64,000 bases of DNA from an uncultured Planctomycetaceae bacterium (GTDB lineage: Bacteria > Planctomycetota > Planctomycetia > Planctomycetales > Planctomycetaceae), in assembly GCA_963815195.1 (NCBI GenBank), contig CAWFGE010000006.1, forward strand, positions 1-64,000. Direction: 5' to 3'. Every line of letters starts with the position of its first letter. Positions within the stretch are counted from its first letter, which is position 1. Under the pieces are notes generated by a model, which saw only the letters and a program-made list of their open reading frames with translations, did no database searches and was not told where the DNA came from. Positions 42,550-55,070 of the stretch are shown here, in pieces. The position numbers and the translations under genes were made by a program.

Positions 42550-42879
42550 ATGCAAAACGATTTGGGGGCGCTGCTCGTCTATGACGTGGGGGAGCAAATT
42601 CTGGTCGGGTTCAAGGATGTCGAAGTGGTCGACGACCACCAACTCGACACCTTCCGCGATGCGCTCGAGCAGCTGATTCACGAACACCACTGCAAAACGC
42701 TGGTCTTGGATCTCACCGGCGTGAAAATCATCTCCAGCGGCACCTTGGGGTTTTTGTTCTCGCTCGACCGACAGGGAATCAAGATCCGGATTTACAATCC
42801 CTCCGAAGGCGTGCGCGAAGTTCTGGAAATCACCAAGCTCGGGCAGATGTTCCAGGAAGTGGACACCCCGCACGGCTAA
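42550..42879 (+). CDS. STAS domain anti-sigma-factor antagonist
   Basis: LVLDLTGVKIISSGTLG...VREVLEITKL. Confidence 0.9.
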   Translation: MQNDLGALLVYDVGEQILVGFKDVEVVDDHQLDTFRDALEQLIHEHHCKTLVLDLTGVKIISSGTLGFLFSLDRQGIKIRIYNPSEGVREVLEITKLGQMFQEVDTPHG

Positions 42880-42912
42880 TCAGCGTGCCGCAATTTTGTG
42901 CGTTTTCTGGTG

Positions 42913-42973
42913 AAAATCCGAAGCTCGAAATCCGAAACAAAGCCAAACGGTCACGGGGATTTGTTTCGGATTT
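42913..42973. repeat. Short heptamer-type repeats forming an inverted pair
   Basis: AAATCCGAAGCTCGAAATCCGAAACAAA ... TTTGTTTCGGATTT. Confidence 0.5.
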
Positions 42974-43099
42974 TCGGTTCGCCCCAAATCGTGCGCAACG
43001 TTTAGGGCGCGTTGCAAGCCGACCCAGTGAGTTTCCTGTCTCAATCGCACCCTGGATGCGCCTCGAAACGGCCCGCTGAACGCGATCTGGCAAACGTCC

Positions 43100-43310
43100 A
43101 GTCCCAACGACCGTGGATGCGTTCGCCAAGACCGGGCCTTGAACACCGTGCCCATCCCAGCATCCAGACTGACGGTGGTGGACGACGATGGCGGCCAGGC
43201 GGCTCCGCGGTTCATGCTTGTCGTGCAGAACATCGCTCCCAGCATAAGCGCGGGCGATGTGATTTTGAAGGATGCCGCCGGGAACACCGTCGCCACTTGG
43301 GGTTGGGACT
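43100..43310 (+). ncRNA. Putative 6S RNA-like structured RNA
   Basis: Terminal stem AGTCCCAAC/GTTGGGACT, further pairing GATGCGTTC/GAACACCGTC and CCGG/CCGG, CCTTGAAC motif, internal hairpin ACATCGCTC/GGGCGATGT and a 3' T-run. No credible ORF covers it. Confidence 0.6.
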
Positions 43311-43519
43311 TTTTACGCAGCATTGCTGAATTCTGGCGGTTCGCAATAATGAAGGCGCCGCTAAGAACGTGTTTGAGAATCTGGGCGGTAGGCGCTAGGC
43401 TCCGGTTTCGATGAAAGGATACTCACAAAATCAAGGCCGGCGGCTACGCACCAGCCGCTCACTCCTGCGGAAACACCCGAGAAACAACATGAACATAAGA
43501 CTCCAAGGAGACGTCGCCG

Positions 43520-44767
43520 ATGAGAAACGTGCTCGCGCTCGTGCTGGCCGGGGGAAAGGGAAGCCGATTGGAACCGCTCACACGGGACCGCGCCAAACCG
43601 GCCGTGCCGTTTGGCGGGGTGTACCGCATCATTGACTTCACGCTGTCGAACTGCATCAACAGCGGCCTCCGGCGTGTGCTCGTGCTGACCCAATACAAAG
43701 CGGCGAGCCTCGATCGGCACATCAACCTCGGCTGGCGGTTTTTGTGCCGGGAGTTGGACGAGTTCATCGATGTGCTCCCGCCGCAGCAGCGGTTGGACGA
43801 GCAGTGGTATCAAGGCACGGCCGATGCCGTCTATCAGAACATCTACACGATCGAGAAAGCCCGCGCCGAGTACATTCTGATCCTCTCGGGCGATCACATC
43901 TACAAGATGGATTATTCCGAGCTGATTGGCGACCACATCCAATCCGGAGCCGACGCGACCGTGGCCTGCATTCCGGTGACGCTCAAGGAGGGCAGCGATT
44001 TTGGGATCATGAACATCGACGGCGACCAGCGGGTCATCTCGTTCGATGAAAAGCCCGACCGCCCGGCAAACATTCCCGGCGACCCGAAACACTGCCTGGC
44101 TTCGATGGGCGTGTACGTCTTCAAGACGAATTTTCTGTTCGACCAGCTTTGCCGGGACGCGACGGTGACGGGCAGCCGGCACGATTTTGGGCACAACATC
44201 ATCCCGTCCATCATCGATAGCTGCCACGTGCGGGCTTATCCGTTCCGCGACAAGAACACGGGCGACAAATGCTACTGGCGGGACGTGGGCACGCTCGACG
44301 CGTATTTCGAGGCCAACATGGATCTGGTTTCGATTCACCCGCTTTTAAACCTGTACGATCGCAGTTGGGAACTGAGGACCTATCATCCCAATTTCCCGCC
44401 GCCCAAGTTCGTGTTCAACGACCAGACTTCGGAAGAGCCGCGGGTGGGCACGGCACTCGACAGCATCGTGGGGCCGGGGACGATCATCTCCGGCGGGTTG
44501 GTGGAAGGCTCGGTGCTTGCGTCCGACGTGCGGGTCAACAGTTGGGCCAAAGTGGAGGATTCGATCCTGTTCGAGGGGGTGAACGTCGGCCGCCACGCGA
44601 AGATCCGCCGGGCGATCATCGACAAGAACGTGCACATCCCGGAAGGCATGGAGGTGGGCTACGATCTCGAACTGGACCGGGAGCGAGGCTTCACGATCAG
44701 CGACAACGGCATCGTCGTCATCCCGACCACGAGCGCGCTTGCCGAGTACGAGGTGCCGGTTCGCTGA
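43520..44767 (+). CDS. glgC: Glucose-1-phosphate adenylyltransferase
   Basis: [50 protein letters not shown] and YWRDVGT. Confidence 0.97.
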   Translation: MRNVLALVLAGGKGSRLEPLTRDRAKPAVPFGGVYRIIDFTLSNCINSGLRRVLVLTQYKAASLDRHINLGWRFLCRELDEFIDVLPPQQRLDEQWYQGTADAVYQNIYTIEKARAEYILILSGDHIYKMDYSELIGDHIQSGADATVACIPVTLKEGSDFGIMNIDGDQRVISFDEKPDRPANIPGDPKHCLASMGVYVFKTNFLFDQLCRDATVTGSRHDFGHNIIPSIIDSCHVRAYPFRDKNTGDKCYWRDVGTLDAYFEANMDLVSIHPLLNLYDRSWELRTYHPNFPPPKFVFNDQTSEEPRVGTALDSIVGPGTIISGGLVEGSVLASDVRVNSWAKVEDSILFEGVNVGRHAKIRRAIIDKNVHIPEGMEVGYDLELDRERGFTISDNGIVVIPTTSALAEYEVPVR

Positions 44768-44949
44768 CACGGCGGGCGAGCGGACCCACCTGCGGTCGGT
44801 GCCACGCGTCAGGCCCGTGGTCGCAGACGAGTCCTCTCGGGAGCCAATATTTTGAAGGATTGTCATTCGAAGCGGATTCTGGAAATCATCGTAACGGGAG
44901 GGCTGACGGCCTCCGCTCGTTTGGACTTCGACTTGCAAACGGAATTGGC

Positions 44950-45945
44950 ATGACTGAAACACATCCGAAAACCTATTGGATCGGCTACGACCTGGGCGGG
45001 ACGAAGATGTTGTGTTCCGTGTACGATGAGGGGTTTGAGCTCATCGCCCAGAAACGCCGGAAGACCAAAGGGCAGGAAGGCATGGCCGCGGGGCTGGACC
45101 GCATCGTCGAGACGACCCTGGCGACCTTGGAAAAAGCGGAACTCAAGCCGGAACAGATTTCCGGTCTGGGCATCGGTTGTCCGGGACCTCTGGATCTCGA
45201 AAAAGGCATCATGCTCGAAGCCCCGAACCTCGGCTGGAAAAACGCCAAGGTGCGGGAGGCTTTGGAGAAGAAGTTTCCGTTTCCCGCCGTCGTGATTAAC
45301 GATGTGGATGCCGGGGTGTTCGGCGAGTACCGCTTCGGGGCGGGGAAGTCGGCCCACTGCTTGTTCGGGCTGTTTCCAGGGACGGGCATCGGCGGCGGCT
45401 GCGTTTACGAGGGTCGAATCTTGCAGGGCCGGCGGCTGTCGTGCATGGAGGTGGGGCACGTGCAGGTCATGCCGGACGGCCCGCTCTCGGGCGGCGGGCA
45501 TCGCGGAACGTTGGAAGCCGTGGGCAGCCGATTGTCCATCGCCGGGGCCGCCGCCCAAGCCGCCTTGCGCGGGCAGGCTCCGAACTTGTTAAAAGAAGTC
45601 GGAGCCGACCTGGCCCAAATCCGCAGCAGCGCCCTGGCGAACTCGGTGAAAGCCGGCGACAAAGTCGTGGAGACGATCATTCGCCTCGCGGCCGAGCACA
45701 TCGGCACCGCGGTGGGCGGCATCGTGCACATCCTGGCCCCGGACATGATCGTCCTCGGCGGCGGCCTGGTGGAGGCCATGCCCAAGCTGTTTCAAGAGAC
45801 CGTCGAGAAAGCCGCCCGCGATTTCGTTTTGCCCTGCTACCGGGATTCGTTCAAAGTCGTCACCGCGGAATTGGGCGACGACGCCGCCGCCCTCGGTGCC
45901 GCCGCCTGGGCCAAAGACACGATCTTGAAGCGGCATGAGGTTTGA
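44950..45945 (+). CDS. ROK family sugar kinase
   Basis: GYDLGGTK, GIGCPGPLD, NDVDAG, GTGIGGG and EVGH. Confidence 0.93.
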   Translation: MTETHPKTYWIGYDLGGTKMLCSVYDEGFELIAQKRRKTKGQEGMAAGLDRIVETTLATLEKAELKPEQISGLGIGCPGPLDLEKGIMLEAPNLGWKNAKVREALEKKFPFPAVVINDVDAGVFGEYRFGAGKSAHCLFGLFPGTGIGGGCVYEGRILQGRRLSCMEVGHVQVMPDGPLSGGGHRGTLEAVGSRLSIAGAAAQAALRGQAPNLLKEVGADLAQIRSSALANSVKAGDKVVETIIRLAAEHIGTAVGGIVHILAPDMIVLGGGLVEAMPKLFQETVEKAARDFVLPCYRDSFKVVTAELGDDAAALGAAAWAKDTILKRHEV

Positions 45946-46026
45946 TTGCGGATGCGCTGGCGATTCCGCACAATGGGTTTGTTTCCCTTGCCATTTGCTT
46001 TTCCGATTTCAGACAGGCGGGATGGA

Positions 46027-47507
46027 TGATGTATGCTCCATGGGCTTTTCGCGTGTTGGTTTTTTGGGCCGGGTTTTTGTGTTTGGCGTCCCAAGGGTTG
46101 GCGAAGGACGGGCCGCGGCCCAATGCGGTGTTGTTTATTGCGGATGATGTGTCGGATGAAGATGTCGGCTGTTACGGGCATCCCACGATCAAGACGCCGA
46201 ACATCGACCGGCTCGCGGCGAAGGGGCTCAGGTTTACCAACGCGTTTTTGACGATCAGCAGTTGCAGTCCGAGCCGGTGCAGCATCATCACCGGCCGGTA
46301 TCCGCACAACACCGGCGCTCCGGAGCTGCACACGAGACTCCCCGATGCGCAGATTCGCTTTCCCGAACTGCTCCGCAAAGCCGGGTATTACACCGCGCTT
46401 TCGGGAAAGAACCACATGTTCGGGAACAAGGACCGGGCGTTTGATGTGATCTCCCCCGGCAAGGGGCCGGGCAAAGAGGAGGACTGGGTGGAGATCGTCC
46501 ACAAACGCCCCAAGGACAAGCCGTTCTTCTTCTGGTTCGCCTCGACCGACGCCCACCGCGGCTGGCAGTTGAACGACGCCGCCCCGAAGTACGAGGCGGC
46601 CGACGCGGTGGTCCCGCCGTATCTGGTGGAGACCGAACCGACCAAGAACGACCTGGCGAAATACTATCATGAAATCAGCCGGTTCGATCGCTACGTCGGC
46701 GATGTGGTGCGGGAACTCGAATCGCAGGGCCAACTCGAAAACACGCTGATCATCGTCATGGCCGACAACGGCCGGCCGTTTCCTCGCTGCAAGACCCGGC
46801 TGTATGACGATGGCATCCGCACGCCGTTCGTCCTCTCTTATCCCGCCGGGATCAAACAGCCCGCGGTGACGGACAGCCTCGCGAGCAGCATCGACATCGC
46901 CGCGACGATTTTGGACCTGACGGAAACGCCCCGCTCCGAGAGCATTCAAGGCGTGAGTTTGCTGCCGATCTTTCGCAATCCGAAAGCCAGCGTGCGGGAC
47001 GTGGCGTTCGCGGAGCACAATTGGCACGTTCACAAAAACCACGAACGCATGGTCCGCACCAAGGATTTTCTGTATATCAAAAACAACTTCCCGGGCCGAC
47101 AGGTGCTGTGCAGCGAAGCTTACAAGTTCGATGCGGGGGAAGAACTCTGGAAAGCCCAAGCCGCGGGCCAAACCACGCCCGCGCAGCAACTGCTGTTTGC
47201 AAAATCGCCTGTGGAGGAACTTTATCGAGTCTCCGCGGATACGGATCAACTGCAGAATCTGGCGGGGGAGGAAAAATTCGCCCCCGTGCTGACGAAGATG
47301 CGAAGCGCGCTTGCCGACTGGACCCGGCAGACCGGCGACACCGTGCCTTCCGATCCCACGCCGGACCGGGACGCTGCCCCGCGGATCGAAAACGGCCGGC
47401 TGATTCCCTCCAAAGGCAAGCTCAAAAACTGGTCGCACCGCGAATTTCCCGGAGCGAGCGCGGGGGCCGAGAAAATCAATAACCCCGGCCCCGTGCGGAT
47501 CGAGTAA
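46027..47507 (+). CDS. Sulfatase (N-sulfoglucosamine sulfohydrolase-like)
   Basis: FIADD, CSPSRCSIITGRYPH, ADNGRPFPRCKTRLYD and EELY. Confidence 0.93.
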
Positions 47508-47808
47508 TTGTGATCGTAGCGGCGGCTTTTGGCCGCCGAAGATTCCGAGCTTCGTACGCGAATCGGGGGCTGAAGTCGCCGCGACGGGAACGTCACCCCC
47601 TTGAGCGAACGGCGATGTTCACACCGCGAGGATTTGGAAGGCTAGGTAAGCCACGGCGGGTTTGCGAGTTCTCCCAAAAAGGCAATCTCTGGTATTCTCC
47701 CGTTTGCGGAATGCCGATATATTAGACATTTCGTAGCATCGTGGGAGTTTTACCGCGCACAGCAACCTGGGGAATTCTTTTCGGTTGCGGCAAAAGTCGC
47801 TGTGGAAA

Positions 47809-50346
47809 ATGGCAAGGGAGTGCCAAACCTTGGATGGTTCAAACGTTCAATCCGCCACGCCGTCGGTGGGGTCAACGCCTGTTCCAAATGCCGATCAACG
47901 GGGCCTGGGAAATCGATTGTCGCTGGTGATCCCGGCGTACAACGAAGAAGACACAATTCGCCAGGCGATTCACGAAGCGCGGGCGGCGCTGGAAACGATC
48001 GTTTCCGAGTATGAAATCCTCATCGTGGATGACGGCTCGACCGACCGGACCGCGGAAATCGTCCGCGCGGAAGCCGCGTTCGATCCCTGCGTGCGGTTGC
48101 TGCAACAACCCCGGAACATGGGCTACGGGGCAGCACTCCGCAGAGGGTTTGAGGCCGCCACGTTAGATCTGGTCGCCTTCACCGATGCCGACTGCCAGTT
48201 TGAGCTGAGCGACCTGGGCTACATGCTGCCTTTGGCCGAGAAATTCGACATTGTGTCGGGCTATCGCATCGACCGCAAAGATCCGGTCAAACGGCGGTTT
48301 TTCTCGTGGGGATATAATACGCTCGTGCAACTTTTGATGGGCAGCCGGATTCGCGACATCGACTGCGCACTGAAAATCTATCACCGCGACACGCTCCAGC
48401 AGATCCTGCCCGAGGCGGAGAATTTTTTCGCCAACACCGAAATGCTCACCAAAGCCCGCAGCCAGGATTTGTCGGTCGTGGATGTGGGAGTTCGGCATCG
48501 TCCGCGGGCCGCGGGAGAAAGCAAAGTCTCGCTGTGGGACATCCCCGAAACCCTCAAGTCGCTTCTGCCGTTCTGGTGGACGCGGGTGTTGTTTTCTGAA
48601 GAAAGTTCCGCACCAAAAGCTAAGCGGGAATCTCCAGTTGAGGCACAGGCCCAGCCCGCGCGTGTGCCGTTCTGGGCGGCGTTGATCTTGCTGATGGTGG
48701 TGGCGGGAACGCTGCTCTTTCGAAATCTGTCCTATCCGCTCATCGAACCCGATGAAGGCCGGTATGCGGAGATTCCCCGCGAAATGATCGCCAGCGGGGA
48801 CTGGATCGTGCCCACGTTCCACTTCAAGCCTTATCTCGACAAGCCTCCGCTGTTTTATTGGATGTGCGCGGCGAGCTATCAAATCTTCGGCTCCGCGGAT
48901 TGGGCGGCCCGTCTGGTTCCGGCCGGCTCCGCGTTTCTGACGGTGCTGCTCACGTTTTTGTTTGGTTCGCGAATCCTGGGCACGCGGTCCGCGTTTCTCG
49001 GCGCACTCATTATGTGTTTGTCGCTGGGGTTCGTGTATTGCGGACGGTATTTGATCCTCGACAGTGTGCTCACGCTGTTCGTCACGCTCTCGCTGTTTCT
49101 GGCTTACGAAGCAATCGGCCGCGGGAGGTTTCGGTGGTCGTGGTGGATCGCCTCGGCCTCCGCATGCGGATTGGGGTTCCTGACGAAAGGCCCGGTCGCG
49201 ATCCTGCTGTTTGCGCCGCCCATTGTCGCGTATTGCTGGCTAAGCCGGTTGAAAACCGCACCGAGGTTCGGCGCTTGGGCGGTTTATGGTTTGGTCTCGG
49301 TCGCGGTGGCGGCTCCGTGGTACCTCGCCGTGAGCCTGCGGGAGCCGGGCTTCGCGCATCACTTCTTTTGGGTGCACAACTTCGGGCGGTTTCTGTATTC
49401 GGTGAGCCATCCCGAGCCGTTCTGGTACTATGGCCCGGTCCTGCTGCTGGCCTGGATGCCTTGGGGATTGCTCTTGCCGCCGCTCGCGGTGTTCTTGGTG
49501 AAGCGATCGAAGGACATCCGTGCGGCCCGTCCGCTGTCCGTGGGATACTTCGCGCTCTGGGCCGGCTGGTGCGTGGCGTTTTTCTCGCTTTCCAAAGGAA
49601 AACTGCCGCCATATATCATGCCGGCCTGGCCGGGAATCGCGCTTTTGCTCGGACATTTTTTGGGTTCGATGGGCGCTTTGTCTCCCCGGCCGCTGCCCCG
49701 CTGGAATCCGCTGCATGCGCAGTTTCAGAACGGGCTTTTCGCCTTGTGCGCGGCGGGAATCGTCGGCTGCCTGGGGGCCTATCTTCTGCGTTTGGAGGAA
49801 CCCGTCGAAGCCGGCTTGGAACTGGGGTTATGGACCGCCGGGCTCGCGGCCGCCGGGCTGTTTCACAAACGCTGGTCTCCGCAATTGCTCTGCGGCGTCT
49901 TCAGTCTGGCCGCATTCGCGATCACCTTCGAAACCGCCCAGGATTTGTTTCCCACGTGGGGCCACAATCATGCCGCCGTGCCGATCCAGTCCGAATTGCG
50001 GGACGAGATGATGCACAGTTCGGCCAAAGTCATCAGTTGCGGCCAGGAGTGGGGTTCGGTCCCGTTTTACCTGCAACGAAACGATGTCACCTATTTGCAC
50101 AAACGCAACATGAAGCAGTTGGTCCACTGCGTGGATCGGCGGCAGGGCACGTATTTAATCATGAAGCACGACGTCGAGGTCGATCAACTCCATCGGCTGT
50201 TCCCGGCGAAGTCCGCGATCCACATTCTCTGGAAGACCCGCGAATCAACCATCGTCTATTTGCCGCCCGAACCCCTGGAGTTCACGGCCGCCAATAATTC
50301 CCGCCCGCAATCCGCCGCGGCCGGCCGGCCCGCGAAACGCCTCTGA
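47809..50346 (+). CDS. GT2 polyprenyl-phosphate glycosyltransferase fused to an ArnT/PMT-like GT-C transferase
   Basis: VIPAYNEE, VDDGSTD and DADCQ, then EPDEGRYAEIPREM, YLDKPPLFYW, GFLTKGP and HPEPFWYY. Confidence 0.92.
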   Translation: MARECQTLDGSNVQSATPSVGSTPVPNADQRGLGNRLSLVIPAYNEEDTIRQAIHEARAALETIVSEYEILIVDDGSTDRTAEIVRAEAAFDPCVRLLQQPRNMGYGAALRRGFEAATLDLVAFTDADCQFELSDLGYMLPLAEKFDIVSGYRIDRKDPVKRRFFSWGYNTLVQLLMGSRIRDIDCALKIYHRDTLQQILPEAENFFANTEMLTKARSQDLSVVDVGVRHRPRAAGESKVSLWDIPETLKSLLPFWWTRVLFSEESSAPKAKRESPVEAQAQPARVPFWAALILLMVVAGTLLFRNLSYPLIEPDEGRYAEIPREMIASGDWIVPTFHFKPYLDKPPLFYWMCAASYQIFGSADWAARLVPAGSAFLTVLLTFLFGSRILGTRSAFLGALIMCLSLGFVYCGRYLILDSVLTLFVTLSLFLAYEAIGRGRFRWSWWIASASACGLGFLTKGPVAILLFAPPIVAYCWLSRLKTAPRFGAWAVYGLVSVAVAAPWYLAVSLREPGFAHHFFWVHNFGRFLYSVSHPEPFWYYGPVLLLAWMPWGLLLPPLAVFLVKRSKDIRAARPLSVGYFALWAGWCVAFFSLSKGKLPPYIMPAWPGIALLLGHFLGSMGALSPRPLPRWNPLHAQFQNGLFALCAAGIVGCLGAYLLRLEEPVEAGLELGLWTAGLAAAGLFHKRWSPQLLCGVFSLAAFAITFETAQDLFPTWGHNHAAVPIQSELRDEMMHSSAKVISCGQEWGSVPFYLQRNDVTYLHKRNMKQLVHCVDRRQGTYLIMKHDVEVDQLHRLFPAKSAIHILWKTRESTIVYLPPEPLEFTAANNSRPQSAAAGRPAKRL

Positions 50347-50365
50347 GAATTCCCAAGCATCTCGC

Positions 50366-50767
50366 TTAGTGCTCTGCAATCTGAGGCAGGATTTTGACGG
50401 CGTAGTCGCGGACGCGCGGGTCGGAATCTTGTGTGAGCTCTTTAAGTTTTGGAATGGCGGCCGCGGCTTGGGGGCCGCTTTTGCCGAGAGCCAAAACCGC
50501 TTCGGCCCGCACCCCGGCCTCCTTGTCGTCCAAGGCCCCGATCAATGCGGGAATCGCCTGGGAATCCGCATCGCCCACATTCCCCAGCGCCCGCACGGAT
50601 TGGATGCGGTCTTTCGCGGATGTCTTCGGCTGCTTGAGGAGGTCCGCCCAATAACCGACCGACTTCCCGGAGACGGTGAAGTTCTCCGGCTTGTCCGGCC
50701 GGCCCCCGCAGCCCAGCAACACGGCCGCGACGATTGTCATAATGAAAATCGGTGCTTGCTGCTTCAT
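50366..50767 (-). CDS. HEAT-repeat lipoprotein
   Basis: Lipobox LLGC and AIPALIGALDDKEAGVRAEAVLALG. Confidence 0.85.
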   Translation of the reverse strand: MKQQAPIFIMTIVAAVLLGCGGRPDKPENFTVSGKSVGYWADLLKQPKTSAKDRIQSVRALGNVGDADSQAIPALIGALDDKEAGVRAEAVLALGKSGPQAAAAIPKLKELTQDSDPRVRDYAVKILPQIAEH

Positions 50768-51711
50768 TATTCCAGCCCCTGGACGATTTCGTTTCCGTGA
50801 ACCGTGCCCATCGCCCAGAACGCTTTCCGCAACGCGCCGTCCTGGGTGATGCTGGCGATGAAGCGGACCGAACCGTCGCCAAACAAGAGTTGCACGCCGC
50901 CCACGTGCAGGCTGGAGAAATCGTCGAGGCCGCCGTCGCTGTCGGTGAGAATGTTGATCCAGTTGTTATGCACGAGGGAGACAGCTTCGGCAGGAGCCGT
51001 GGTCAGGTTCCAGGGATTGAGCGAGCCGGCTTGGACGACGGCCCCGCTCGGAGCGCCGATCCAACTGCCTTGCGTCATGCCCCAGGCCCGGTCGCCGACG
51101 AGCGTCGTCTGCGTGGAGCCGTCGGTGAAGTCCCGCATCCGCACCGAGCTGTTGCGGAAGAACGCTCCGTTGCACTTCACGTCGGTGACTTCGCTGCTGT
51201 CGTCGCCCACGGTCGCGGCATAACTGCTCGGGGCGACCTGGCCGAGCACGGTTCCCGTGGCATCGGTCATGTTGAAGGGGTTCGGATTGACAATGTCGGT
51301 CGGACACAGAAACACCGGCAGCGGCGTGCGGATCGCCGCGGCGTTGGCGGAATCAAAAATCGGCCGGTTGAAGTTGATGTTTTTGTAGAGGGGCGCTTGA
51401 TCCAAAAAAGGCAGCAAATGCGCGGACCAGCCCCAACCGTTCCCGGTCGCAGGCGCCGCCGCTCCCGCCACAAATCCCGGCGGGAAACACCGGTGGGTGT
51501 TGTGGTAATTGTGCAGCGCCACGCCGATCTGTTTGAGGTTGTTTTTGCAGGTCGAGCGGCGGGCGGCCTCGCGGGCCTGCTGCACCGCGGGCAGCAACAG
51601 AGAAACCAGGATCGCAATGATCGCAATCACCACGAGAAGTTCGATCAGTGTAAATCCGCGGCGGGCCGTCGTCCGATGACGCCGGTCGGCAGAACAAGAG
51701 CAAATTGGCAT
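50767..51711 (-). CDS. DUF1559 / prepilin-type protein
   Basis: [34 protein letters not shown] and [18 protein letters not shown]. Confidence 0.95.
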   Translation of the reverse strand: MPICSCSADRRHRTTARRGFTLIELLVVIAIIAILVSLLLPAVQQAREAARRSTCKNNLKQIGVALHNYHNTHRCFPPGFVAGAAAPATGNGWGWSAHLLPFLDQAPLYKNINFNRPIFDSANAAAIRTPLPVFLCPTDIVNPNPFNMTDATGTVLGQVAPSSYAATVGDDSSEVTDVKCNGAFFRNSSVRMRDFTDGSTQTTLVGDRAWGMTQGSWIGAPSGAVVQAGSLNPWNLTTAPAEAVSLVHNNWINILTDSDGGLDDFSSLHVGGVQLLFGDGSVRFIASITQDGALRKAFWAMGTVHGNEIVQGLE

Positions 51712-51747
51712 GCAGAAAACTTTCATCCGGTGGGCAGGGATTATTAA

Positions 51748-53524
<1,777 letters not shown>

Positions 53525-53561
53525 TCTGCGTCGGTTGGACAACTGCGTCGGCATGTCCGGG

Positions 53562-53849
53562 CTACGGAAGCAGGATGTAACCGAATGCGCCCGCGAAAAC
53601 GCGGAAGGCGATCACACCGACAACGAATGGTGTGAGGCAGAAGATTCCAACGATCACCGTACCAAGAGGGTGACCGGCTTGCCATGATCGAACGGTGAGC
53701 GAAAGTCCGAGGACGGCAGTACAGAATGCTGTCGCAATGATATATAGCGGAATATCCATTGGACGAGTGGCACTTCCGGGCGGCTCCCGAAATATGACGG
53801 CCGCACTCAAAACGGCCAGCAGATTCCCCGCCACGGCAATAAGGATCAT
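53562..53849 (-). CDS. Small membrane protein with 3 TM helices
   Basis: Hydrophobic ORF MILIAVAGNLLAVLSAAVIF..., joined to the GT4 only in the frameshifted track ORF. Confidence 0.5.
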   Translation of the reverse strand: MILIAVAGNLLAVLSAAVIFREPPGSATRPMDIPLYIIATAFCTAVLGLSLTVRSWQAGHPLGTVIVGIFCLTPFVVGVIAFRVFAGAFGYILLP

Positions 53850-53866
53850 CTTTTTCAGCGGGCTGG

Positions 53867-54999
53867 TCACGCCTTGGCTCCGCTTCGGATCTTGGCACTT
53901 TGAGGGAGTTGGGTTTTCGCTTCTTCCACGATTTCGCGATAGAGGTCGGCGGTTTCTTTGACCATGCGTTCCACGCTGAAATCCCGCCTGACCAGATCGC
54001 CGCCCATTGCTGCCCAGGGTGCGGGCTCGGAGCGGATCGGAAAGCAGTTCCAGGATGCGTTCCGCGAGACGGGCGCTGTTGGAAGGCGGGACGACGAGGC
54101 CGGTTTCGTTGTCGCTAACCACGCTGAACACGCCGCCCACGCCGGAGGCAATCACCGGAATCCCCCGCCCCATCGCTTCCAGCATGATGGTGCCCAGTCC
54201 CTGCCGCAGCGAAGGAAGGCAGAAGATGTCGATCGCTTCGAGGGCCGTGGAGAAATCGTAAAGCTTGGGGACGAAGGTGACGGCTTCCACGATCTTCAGT
54301 TCGCGCGCGAGCCGGCGGAGGTTTTGCTCCTCCGGGCCGGCCCCTGCGATCAGAAACTGCACCTGCGGATTCTCCGCCAACACCCGCTGAGCCGCCCCCA
54401 GGAAGAACGGCAAACCTTTGAGCGCTTCCAAAGGCCCGGCCGTCCCCACCACCGGAACCCGCCCGGGAGAGAGCACCGGCGTCAAGTCGGCATCGCTGGG
54501 AATCTCCACGCCCGCATGGATCACCGTCACCAGGCTCGGCGGTAAGATGCACTTGCTCCAAGAGCTCGGACTTGACGGACTGGCTCACCGTCAGCACCCG
54601 CCGGCCGTAGTCGCGGTCCATCCGCAGTCGCTCGCGCGGAGCGAGATAATCGTGAATCGTCAACACATAGGGCACGCGGAGGGCGCGGGCCAGCCAAGCC
54701 CCGGCGTTTTGCATCCGCCGCGATTGCACGTGAATCAAATCCGGGCGGCGTTGTTCCAACTCCTGCCGGATCATCCCCAACACCACCCGCCCCCACACGG
54801 GCACGCGCAGGTGCGGATAAACGCGGATGGGCAACGTCTCCCGCAGCGGGGCCGCGATGTTGTCGGCGTTGGGCGTGATGATCCGGGGCAGGACGCCGAA
54901 CTCTTCGAGATGCTGCACCAACCGCAGCGTGTAAGCACAGGAACCGCGGACCTCAAACCGATCCGAGAGCAACACAACGTTTAGCGGTTTCGCGGCCAT
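53867..54999 (-). CDS. GT4 glycosyltransferase (two frameshifts, ~54540 and ~54000)
   Basis: PDLIHVQS, VLTIHD, LPSLRQGLGTIMLEAMGRGIPVIAS and FSVERMV. Confidence 0.88.
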
Positions 55000-55070
55000 T
55001 TTAGAAACCTTAATCTCCTCGAACCGGGGCTAGCGCCCTGCGGCTAATGATTTGTCAGGCGGAACCATCA

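Noticed and set aside
42880..43414. Short ORFs on both strands between the STAS gene and glgC
   Set aside because: They have no motifs, and the region is better explained by a structured RNA and short repeats.
53562..54530. Apparent GT4 fused to three TM helices
   Set aside because: A frameshift near 54000 joins two separate genes.
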